The position numbers were made by a program, and so were the translations under genes. A stretch of DNA of 36,176 bases, taken from NCBI GenBank assembly GCA_036397515.1, contig DASWIU010000137.1:1-36176 (forward strand). The letters run 5' to 3'. Each line of letters starts with the position of its first letter. Within the stretch, counting starts at the first letter, position 1. Below, piece after piece: positions 29,213 through 36,176 of the stretch. This DNA is from Desulfurivibrionaceae bacterium (lineage in GTDB: Bacteria; Desulfobacterota; Desulfobulbia; Desulfobulbales; Desulfurivibrionaceae). The notes beneath the pieces are model-generated. The model had not been told where the DNA came from and ran no database searches. It was given only the letters and a program-made list of their open reading frames with translations.

Positions 29213-30184
29213 ATGAAAAAACGTGGCAGTTCCCCCCTTCAACTGTACAGAGTATGCTTTTGTTGCCTGGCAATCTGGTTGGGGTCCATGACCATGGCCC
29301 TGGGGCAGAGTGTGACGGTTGACGACGAACCGGATTTCGGGGAAGAGCGTGATATCGATCTGGCCTCGGATCCTCTGGAGTCGATCAATCGCGGTTTTTT
29401 TCATTTTAACGACAAGCTTTATTTTTGGGTGGTTAAGCCGGCATCCCAGGGATATGCGTATCTTATCGCCGAAGACGTGCGGATGTGCGTGCGGAGTTTT
29501 TTTAAAAACCTTCTGGCGCCGGTTCGGATTGTCAACAATCTCCTGCAGGGAAAGATTGTAAACAGCGGGATTGAAACTTCCCGTTTTGTTATCAATTCCA
29601 CCCTTGGCATTGCCGGTCTGGCCGATCCCGCCAAAAACGAGTTCGGTCTCTCTCCCAAGGAGGAAGACCTGGGGCAAACCCTGGGGGTGTATGGGCTCGG
29701 GGAAGGCATCTATTTCTGCTGGCCCTTCTTCGGCCCTTCGAATGTGCGCGATACCATCGGGCTGGCCGGGGATTTTTTCTTGAGCCCGGTGTCCTATCTC
29801 GCCATGTCGGACACTGGCGCAGGGATAGCGGTTGACGCCGGACGAGAAGTGAACAACACCTCCCTTACCCTGGGGGATTACGAAGATTTTAAGGAATCCG
29901 CCCTTGATCCGTATGTGGCCCTGCGCGATGCATACCGGCAGCATCGGCAAAAGAAAATACATGATGTTGCCAGGGAGAGTGATTCCGTGTACACGTCCGC
30001 ATTCGACAGGGCTGAAAAAACATATGCCCGGGATATGTCTGGGCCGGTTTCGGCGGGATTGGATTCCGCCCCGGATCTTGCCGGCGATTTTTTTGTCCAG
30101 GGTGATGCCGAACAGATTTTGCTGATGCGGCAAGCGTTGCTTGCCATGAATGCAACAGCGGTGGTCAAGGGGCCTGATCGGTGA
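29213..30184 (+). CDS. mlaA: MlaA/VacJ-family outer-membrane lipid-asymmetry protein with a C-terminal extension
   Basis: DPLESINR.FF.FND, VNNLLQGK, RFVINSTLGIAGL.D, EDLGQTLG, PFFGPSNVRD, DPYVALRDAY. No clear lipobox. Confidence 0.9.
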   Translation: MKKRGSSPLQLYRVCFCCLAIWLGSMTMALGQSVTVDDEPDFGEERDIDLASDPLESINRGFFHFNDKLYFWVVKPASQGYAYLIAEDVRMCVRSFFKNLLAPVRIVNNLLQGKIVNSGIETSRFVINSTLGIAGLADPAKNEFGLSPKEEDLGQTLGVYGLGEGIYFCWPFFGPSNVRDTIGLAGDFFLSPVSYLAMSDTGAGIAVDAGREVNNTSLTLGDYEDFKESALDPYVALRDAYRQHRQKKIHDVARESDSVYTSAFDRAEKTYARDMSGPVSAGLDSAPDLAGDFFVQGDAEQILLMRQALLAMNATAVVKGPDR

Positions 30185-30331
30185 GGGGGTAGTTTTTCCG
30201 CTTTCCAGGGGCCGGTTTGCGCTCGCCAGGCAGGAGGAGTAACGGCTCTCTGCCGCTGGATTTAGCGAAGCCGAGCTTGGTTGATTTTGTTGATAATGGT
30301 ATCTTTTCAGAGAATGATTGTAGGGGCAAAA

Positions 30332-30961
30332 ATGAAAAACAGGAATATAGGGTGTCTGCGGTTTCTTTCGGTAATTATTCTGACAATTGCGATCCCCATT
30401 ATGTCTCCCGGGATTTCTTGCGCTGCTCCTGATCCGGTTGTTTTCGTAAAGGAGGCCGTTGACGAAATTATTTCTATTCTTCAGGATGAAAAACTCGCCG
30501 TGCCGGCTCGCCGGGCGGAGCGGAAGCAGCGGGTGGTGGCTATTGTCGAAAAGAAATTTGATTTTCGCGATATGTCCATGCGTGCCTTGGCCAAGCACTG
30601 GCGGGAAAGAACCCCTGAAGAGCAGGACCGGTTTGTCTTCTTGTTCAAGACGCTCTTGGAGAACACATACATAGCCAAAATAGAAACCTATTCCGGGGAA
30701 AAAGTTGTCTTTAAGAAAACCGCCAGACAGGGAAACAAGGCTGTTGTGTATAGCGAGCTGATTCGAAAGAAAGTGGAAACCCCGGTTAATTACAAGCTCA
30801 AAAGCAACGATGATCACTGGCTGGTTTATGATGTAGAGGTGGAGGGGGTAAGCTTGGTGAATAATTACCGGACCCAGTTCGCCAGTATTCTGAGCAAGGA
30901 GAACTTCGCCGGGCTTATTGCCAAGCTTGAAGAGAAGGTCGGTAAGGGAGCGACTGAATAA
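30332..30961 (+). CDS. mlaC: MlaC/Ttg2D periplasmic phospholipid-binding protein
   Basis: FDFRDMSMRALAKHW, F..LLENTY, WLVYDVEVEGVSLVNNYRTQF. Confidence 0.92.
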   Translation: MKNRNIGCLRFLSVIILTIAIPIMSPGISCAAPDPVVFVKEAVDEIISILQDEKLAVPARRAERKQRVVAIVEKKFDFRDMSMRALAKHWRERTPEEQDRFVFLFKTLLENTYIAKIETYSGEKVVFKKTARQGNKAVVYSELIRKKVETPVNYKLKSNDDHWLVYDVEVEGVSLVNNYRTQFASILSKENFAGLIAKLEEKVGKGATE

Positions 30962-30967
30962 ACGCAA

Positions 30968-31441
30968 ATGGGTACCGCTGACGAAAAGCTTTTTGGGAGA
31001 TACCGGCCCGAGGAGTTGCACGATATATTTTCTTTTTTATCCGCTGAAGAGATGGCGGAGTTGTTTGCCTACCTTGAGCTCAGGGAGTGGCAACCGGCGG
31101 AAATTTTGATGAAAAGCGGGGAGCCTGGCGATTTTCTGGGGTTTCTGGTCGAGGGAAAACTTGCCGTTAAGATGGAGACGATATTCCCGGGTAAATTCAT
31201 TTTGGTTGCCGTGCTTGAGCGTGGAAGTCTGGTCGGTGAGATTTCTGCTGTTGACGGGGGGAGTCGGCATGCAACCGTTGTCGCCGCGGAAAAGAGCCGG
31301 CTCCTGATCCTCTCTTGTGAAAAGATGGAGCAGATGCTGAGGCAGACCCCGGCGCTTGGCCTGAAACTTTTACGACGGATTATTCATGTGCTCGGCCATC
31401 GCCTGGACAAGGCGAGCGACCGTCTCGCCCGGTTGTTGTAA
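30968..31441 (+). CDS. Stand-alone cyclic-nucleotide-binding domain protein
   Basis: GEPGDFLGFLVEGKL and phosphate-binding cassette GEISAVDGGSRHATVVA. No HTH follows. Confidence 0.85.
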   Translation: MGTADEKLFGRYRPEELHDIFSFLSAEEMAELFAYLELREWQPAEILMKSGEPGDFLGFLVEGKLAVKMETIFPGKFILVAVLERGSLVGEISAVDGGSRHATVVAAEKSRLLILSCEKMEQMLRQTPALGLKLLRRIIHVLGHRLDKASDRLARLL

Positions 31442-31551
31442 TTTCATTGTAAGCCGGTTTTTTGTTCAGCCAGCAAGTTTCCCTCCTTGTCGAAAAGCCC
31501 CCCGTTGAGCGTGTGTGCCAATGAGAAAAAAAGATCTGTCGGTGAATTCAC

Positions 31552-31579
31552 TTGACAATGAGCCGGGTTTATTTATATT
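31552..31579 (+). promoter_or_regulatory. Candidate promoter for yceD-rpmF-plsX-fabH
   Basis: TTGACA (31552-31557), 16-nt spacer, TATATT (31574-31579). Confidence 0.5.
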
Positions 31580-31616
31580 GATCTGTTCCATTTTTTGCAT
31601 TGTGAACAGGTGATGT

Positions 31617-32135
31617 GTGCGGATCAGGTGGGAAGAAATACCAGCGGGCGGCCTTTTTCTTAGTATTGACGGTGATTCTTGGATCCCCGGCAATGAGGTC
31701 GTTTGGCAAAAACCGTTCGTGTGCACCGTTTCCCTGCGCAAAGAGGGCGGACGGGTTCTGCTTGCCGGCACCATGCGCCTTTCCGTTGTTCTTGAATGCG
31801 ATCGCTGTCTGGAGTCTTTTGTCTATCCCTTGGCGGAAGAGTTTGAGGTCGTTTTTGAGTTGCTTGCCAAAGAGGCAGAGGCGGCACTTGCTTCGGAGCA
31901 CTTTTGCAAGGGCAGTGAGTTGGATGTGGTGTATCTCGCGGAGCCGGTGGTGGATGTTTTTTCCGTGCTTGCGCAGCAGCTGTACCTTGGTTTGCCGGAA
32001 AAAAGACTCTGTAGCGATAAGTGCCTGGGGCTGTGTCCGGAGTGCGGGGCGAACTTGAGCCGCTGTCCGTGCGATTGTGCCAGAGGTGCGGGCGTATCCC
32101 CGTTTAGTGTTTTGGCAAAGTTGAAAGACCAGTAG
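31617..32135 (+). CDS. yceD: YceD/DUF177 family protein
   Basis: ECDRCL and LP.KRLCSDKCLGLCPECGANL..., C-terminal SPFSVLAKLK. Upstream of rpmF. GTG start. Confidence 0.9.
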   Translation: MRIRWEEIPAGGLFLSIDGDSWIPGNEVVWQKPFVCTVSLRKEGGRVLLAGTMRLSVVLECDRCLESFVYPLAEEFEVVFELLAKEAEAALASEHFCKGSELDVVYLAEPVVDVFSVLAQQLYLGLPEKRLCSDKCLGLCPECGANLSRCPCDCARGAGVSPFSVLAKLKDQ

Positions 32136-32308
32136 CAGGTATTTTTCCCTGAGGTGATCCCTGGCGAAACGTGCCGGATCATTCCCTCGGCCCATTGGCT
32201 TCGCGGAGCAAAAAACGTGTCATATGTGTTGAACCTGTTGAATTTTTTTGAGAAACCCGTTACAGACAACAAGCTGTAACCGAGATCTTTCCAATTGGAG
32301 GAAAAGTA

Positions 32309-32491
32309 ATGGCTTTACCGAAAAGAAGACATTCCCATGCTCGTACCAGAATTCGCCGTTCCCACGATGCGCTGTGTGGCGTAACCGTTTCCACCTGCTC
32401 CGCGTGCGGCGAGCCGAAGCTTCCCCACCGTCTGTGTCCTGGCTGCGGATCATACAAGGGCCGTACTGTTGTCAAGCTGACCGCCGAGTAA
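32309..32491 (+). CDS. rpmF: 50S ribosomal protein L32 (Zn-ribbon form)
   Basis: MALPKRRHSHAR..RRSH, CSACGE, HRLCPGCGSYKG. GGAGG RBS. Confidence 0.96.
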   Translation: MALPKRRHSHARTRIRRSHDALCGVTVSTCSACGEPKLPHRLCPGCGSYKGRTVVKLTAE

Positions 32492-32501
32492 TAGAGTTCG
32501 C

Positions 32502-33560
32502 ATGGCGTTGCATATTGCCTTGGATGCCATGGGCGGGGACCGAGGCCCGGAAGAACTGGTTTCCGGGGCAGTCATGGCTGCGCGCGACTCCGACCTTGAG
32601 ATCAGCCTGATTGGTGATCAGACCCGGCTCGGGGCCATTCTGGCAACCCATGGCACTCCTTCCTCCCGGATTCATCTGGTGCATGCCTCCCAGGTTGTCG
32701 GCATGGATGAATCCCCTGTTGACGCCATCCGCAAGAAAAAAGACTCCTCCATCATGAAGGCTTTTGCCCTCCACAAAGAGGGCAGGGTTGACGCGGTTGT
32801 CAGCGCCGGCAATTCCGGGGCGACCCTGGCCTCGGCCCTTAAGTCGCTGGGCCGGCTGGAGCATGTAGCCCGGCCTGGAATCGCGGGCATCTTCCCCACC
32901 TTGAAGGGGCCGGTGGTGATGATGGATGTGGGCGCAAACGTTGATTGCCGCCCTGAACATCTCTTTCAATTCGGGGTCATGGCCACCGCTTTTTCTCAAG
33001 TCCTCTTTGGGCTGGATCGGCCCCGGGTCGGCCTGCTCAGTATCGGGGAAGAGGGGGGCAAGGGCAATATCCTGGTGAAAAAATCCCACGAGCTGTTCCA
33101 GCAGAGTTCCTTGAATTACATCGGCAATGTCGAGGGCCGCGACACCTTTCAGGGGGACGTTGACGTCATGGTCTGTGACGGATTTGTCGGCAATGTCTGC
33201 CTGAAACTCAGCGAAGGATTGGCCGAGGCGGTCATGGGCATGCTGGGTGAGGAGATTGCCAAAAGCTTTAAGGCAAAGCTTGGTTATCTGCTTGCCAGGG
33301 ACGCCTTTGTTTCCTTTAAAAAACGGGTGGATTACGCCGAGTATGGCGGCGCCCCCTTGCTCGGCATCCGAGGCAACGCCATTATCTGCCATGGCCGCTC
33401 CAATGCCGTGGCAATAAAAAATGCCATCCGGGTTGCCGCCGAAATGGCCCGCAATAAGGTCAATGACCGAATCCTTGAGCTTTTTTCCCTGGACCATCTC
33501 CTGGTGCAACAGGGTGATTCCTTGCCGGCGGAAGCCGCTGTCTCCGGAGTAACCCCATGA
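32502..33560 (+). CDS. plsX: Phosphate acyltransferase
   Basis: IALDAMGGD, VSAGNSGA, DVGANVDC, GNVEGRD, CDGFVGNV.LK, ICHGRS. Confidence 0.96.
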   Translation: MALHIALDAMGGDRGPEELVSGAVMAARDSDLEISLIGDQTRLGAILATHGTPSSRIHLVHASQVVGMDESPVDAIRKKKDSSIMKAFALHKEGRVDAVVSAGNSGATLASALKSLGRLEHVARPGIAGIFPTLKGPVVMMDVGANVDCRPEHLFQFGVMATAFSQVLFGLDRPRVGLLSIGEEGGKGNILVKKSHELFQQSSLNYIGNVEGRDTFQGDVDVMVCDGFVGNVCLKLSEGLAEAVMGMLGEEIAKSFKAKLGYLLARDAFVSFKKRVDYAEYGGAPLLGIRGNAIICHGRSNAVAIKNAIRVAAEMARNKVNDRILELFSLDHLLVQQGDSLPAEAAVSGVTP

Positions 33561-34534
33561 GCCGGGCGGTCATCATCGGCACTGGTTCCTGCCTGCCGGA
33601 ACGGATCCTCACCAATGCGGATCTGGAAAAAATGGTTGATACCTCCGATGAGTGGATTACCACTCGAACGGGGATCAAGACCCGGCATATTGCCCGGGCA
33701 GGAGAGGAAACCTCCAAACTCGCCAGCGTGGCGGCCCGCCGTGCCCTGGAGATGGCCGGGGTCACCCCGGCGGAGGTGGACATGATCGTCGTCGGGACGA
33801 TCTCCTGTGAAAAGGCCATGCCCTCCTGCGCCTGTCTCGTGCAAAAGGAGCTGGAGGCGGTCAACGCCTTTGCCTTTGACATCAACGCCGCCTGTTCCGG
33901 CTTTCTCTACGGCCTCGATCTTGCCGACAAATACATCCATCATAACCCGGACATGAAGATTCTGGTGATCGGTGCGGAGAATCTTTCCGCCCGGACCAAT
34001 TGGCAGGACCGCAATACCTGTGTGCTTTTCGGCGACGGCGCCGGAGCCTGTCTGGTGACCGGCAACGATCAGGGCCGGGGCATTCTGGCGAGCAAGCTCT
34101 ATGCGGACGGCCGGTTGTGGGAGTTGCTCCACATGGACAGCGCCCCCAGCCTGAACCCCGATCTCTGCGCCCTGCCAAGTGACGGCCCCTTCATCAAGAT
34201 GGTGGGGAAGGATGTGTTCCGCTACGCGGTCCGGGCCATGGCCGAGGCCATCACCGCCGTCCTTGCAAAAGAGGGGCTGGCCATGGCGGACATCGCCCTC
34301 GTCGTGCCCCATCAGGCCAATATCCGCATCCTGAAAAGCCTGGCCGATCACCTCAATGTTCCGCTCGAAAAAATCTATATTAATGTGCACAAATATGGTA
34401 ATACATCGGCGGCGACCGTGCCGATTGCCATGGACGAGGCGAACCGGGAAGGCCGATTGCAGCAGGGAGATCTCTTGCTCATCTGCACTTTTGGCGGCGG
34501 TTTTACCTGGGGCGCAGCCCTGGTCAGGTGGTAG
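33557..34534 (+). CDS. fabH: Beta-ketoacyl-ACP synthase III
   Basis: DTSDEWITTRTGI, catalytic AACSGF, LFGDGAGA, PHQANIRI, YGNTSAA, FGGGFTWG. Confidence 0.96.
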   Translation: MSRAVIIGTGSCLPERILTNADLEKMVDTSDEWITTRTGIKTRHIARAGEETSKLASVAARRALEMAGVTPAEVDMIVVGTISCEKAMPSCACLVQKELEAVNAFAFDINAACSGFLYGLDLADKYIHHNPDMKILVIGAENLSARTNWQDRNTCVLFGDGAGACLVTGNDQGRGILASKLYADGRLWELLHMDSAPSLNPDLCALPSDGPFIKMVGKDVFRYAVRAMAEAITAVLAKEGLAMADIALVVPHQANIRILKSLADHLNVPLEKIYINVHKYGNTSAATVPIAMDEANREGRLQQGDLLLICTFGGGFTWGAALVRW

Positions 34535-34593
34535 GCGCGCCGGGGGCGTCATTTTCAGCCGCATATCAAAGCAATTGAGGATAAGGGGGCACA

Positions 34594-35751
34594 GTGGATT
34601 ATTTCTTGAGCGAAGAGCAGCAGATGATTGTCGATGTTGCTCGGCAGATTACCGATGAAATGATTGTTCCGCAACGGGCGGAATTGGATGAAACCGAAGA
34701 CTATCCCCGTGATATCCTGACCGCCATTGCCAAGGCCGATCTCTACGGCCTCTATATCCCCGAGGAGTATGGCGGCCTGGGGGGAGGGTGTTTTGAGATT
34801 GTCCTGGCCCTTGAGCAGTTCGCCCGCGGCTGTACCGGGGTGGCTACCGCCTTTGCCGCCAGCGCCCTGGGCGCCTACCCGATCCTGATCTCCGGCAGCG
34901 AAGAGCTGAAACAGAAATACATGCCCCTCATCGCCAGCGGCGAGAAACTGGCGGCCTTTGCCCTTACCGAGGCCAATGCCGGCAGCGATGCCTCCGGCAT
35001 CCAGACCACAGCGGTGCTCGACGGCGACGAATGGGTCTTAAACGGCACCAAGCAGTGGATCACCAATGCCGGCGAGGCCCAAATCTACACGGTTATCGCC
35101 ATCACCGACAAAAGCAAGGGGCCCCGCGGCGCCACCATGTTCGTGGTCGAGGACACCGACCCTGGTTTTTCTTACGGGGTCAAGGAAAAGAAGTTGGGCA
35201 TCCGCTGCTCTTCCACCCGGGAGCTGATCTTCAAGGACTGCCGCATTCCCAAGGACAGGGTGATCGGCCGGATCGGCATGGGCTTTATCACCGTGATGAA
35301 GACCCTGGACCAGTCCCGTCCGGGCATCGCCATCCTCGGCGTCGGTCTGGGGCAGGGCGCCCTGGACGAGGCGGTGGTCTATGCCAAGCAGCGGGTGCAG
35401 TTCGGCAAGCCCATCATCTCCTTCCAGGCCGTGCAGCATATTTTGGCCGATATGGCCATCCAGGTCGAGGCGGGCCGGGCCCTGGTGTACTCGGCGGCCA
35501 AGCATATCGACGCCCACAAAAACGACATGTCCAAGGCCTCCTCCATGTGCAAGGTGTTCGCCACCGACATGGCCATGAAGGTCACCACCGATGCGGTCCA
35601 GGTTTTGGCCGGCTATGGCTACATGCGCGATTACCCGGTGGAGAAGATGATGCGTGACGCCAAGATCCTCCAGATCTACGAGGGCACCAACCAGATCCAG
35701 CGGAATGTTATCGGTCAGGAACTGAACAAGGAGTACATGAGGTCCTCATGA
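34594..35751 (+). CDS. Acyl-CoA dehydrogenase (butyryl-CoA dehydrogenase-like)
   Basis: [51 protein letters not shown], catalytic [13 protein letters not shown] start. Confidence 0.93.
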   Translation: MDYFLSEEQQMIVDVARQITDEMIVPQRAELDETEDYPRDILTAIAKADLYGLYIPEEYGGLGGGCFEIVLALEQFARGCTGVATAFAASALGAYPILISGSEELKQKYMPLIASGEKLAAFALTEANAGSDASGIQTTAVLDGDEWVLNGTKQWITNAGEAQIYTVIAITDKSKGPRGATMFVVEDTDPGFSYGVKEKKLGIRCSSTRELIFKDCRIPKDRVIGRIGMGFITVMKTLDQSRPGIAILGVGLGQGALDEAVVYAKQRVQFGKPIISFQAVQHILADMAIQVEAGRALVYSAAKHIDAHKNDMSKASSMCKVFATDMAMKVTTDAVQVLAGYGYMRDYPVEKMMRDAKILQIYEGTNQIQRNVIGQELNKEYMRSS

Positions 35752-36176
35752 AGATCATCGTTTGCGTAAAACAGGTGCCGGACGCCAAGGATGTCCGCCT
35801 GGACCCCAAGACCAACACCCTGTCCAGGGAAGGGGTGCAAGCCATCATGAACCCCTACGACCGCCATGCCCTTGAGGAGGCGGTTCGTCTGAAGGAGCAG
35901 CACGGCGGCACGGTGACCGTGCTCAGCATGGGGCCGCCCCAGGCCGAGGAGATGCTGCGCGAGGCGGTGTCCTGCGGGGCGGACGAGGCAGTGCTTGTTT
36001 CGGATCGCGCCTTTGCCGGGGCGGATACCTGGGCCACCACCTATACCCTGTCCCAGGCCATTAAAAAGATAGATGATTTTGATCTGATCCTCTGCGGCAA
36101 GCAGGCCATTGACGGGGATACCGCTCAGGTGGGTCCCGGCTTGGCAGAGCGTCTTGATATCCCTTTTGTCGCCTAT
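35748..36176 (+). CDS. etfB: Electron transfer flavoprotein beta subunit (FixA/EtfB), truncated by the window end
   Basis: My translation: [12 protein letters not shown]...[12 protein letters not shown]...SMGPPQA...[13 protein letters not shown]...[25 protein letters not shown] overlap with the dehydrogenase stop. Not in the ORF track. Confidence 0.95.
   Translation, partial: MKIIVCVKQVPDAKDVRLDPKTNTLSREGVQAIMNPYDRHALEEAVRLKEQHGGTVTVLSMGPPQAEEMLREAVSCGADEAVLVSDRAFAGADTWATTYTLSQAIKKIDDFDLILCGKQAIDGDTAQVGPGLAERLDIPFVAY

Noticed and set aside
30182-30265. Selenocysteine read-through at the mlaA TGA
   Set aside because: No convincing SECIS-like hairpin follows, and the position is not in a redox or Cys-type motif.
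34536-34556. Possible terminator between fabH and the acyl-CoA dehydrogenase
   Set aside because: Only a ~5-bp stem (GCGCC/GGCGT) with an interrupted T tail. Too weak to call, though partial termination cannot be excluded.

Overview
Mostly housekeeping chromosome from an anaerobic Gram-negative bacterium. Gene order and protein style suggest Desulfobacterota, probably Desulfobulbales (inference). Order on the + strand: glgP; a folate-independent core methionine synthase (MesB-like); lysS-lolC/E-lolD-bamA-mfd-surA-rodZ-recO. A small - strand islet follows, holding an iron-sulfur flavoprotein and a cobalamin-riboswitch-controlled pair of a 42-aa peptide (CbpA-like, not called separately in the ORF track) and a radical SAM/SPASM maturase (CbpB-like). 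The + strand then resumes with tRNA-Leu-tig-clpP-clpX-lon, tRNA-Val-tRNA-Asp, mlaE-F-D-A-C plus a cNMP-binding protein, and yceD-rpmF-plsX-fabH running into an acyl-CoA dehydrogenase and a truncated etfB. The best leads are: (1) the B12-riboswitch-gated RiPP locus; (2) a Bcd/bifurcating-type ETF module placed where fabD/fabG usually sit; (3) a three-copy intergenic element with compensatory substitutions and strand-specific G-U and tandem G-A pairs; (4) MesB. Several other REP/MITE-like palindromes sit just after stop codons. No integrase, transposase, prophage or CRISPR array is visible. Family assignments rest on motif recognition and recall, not on searches.
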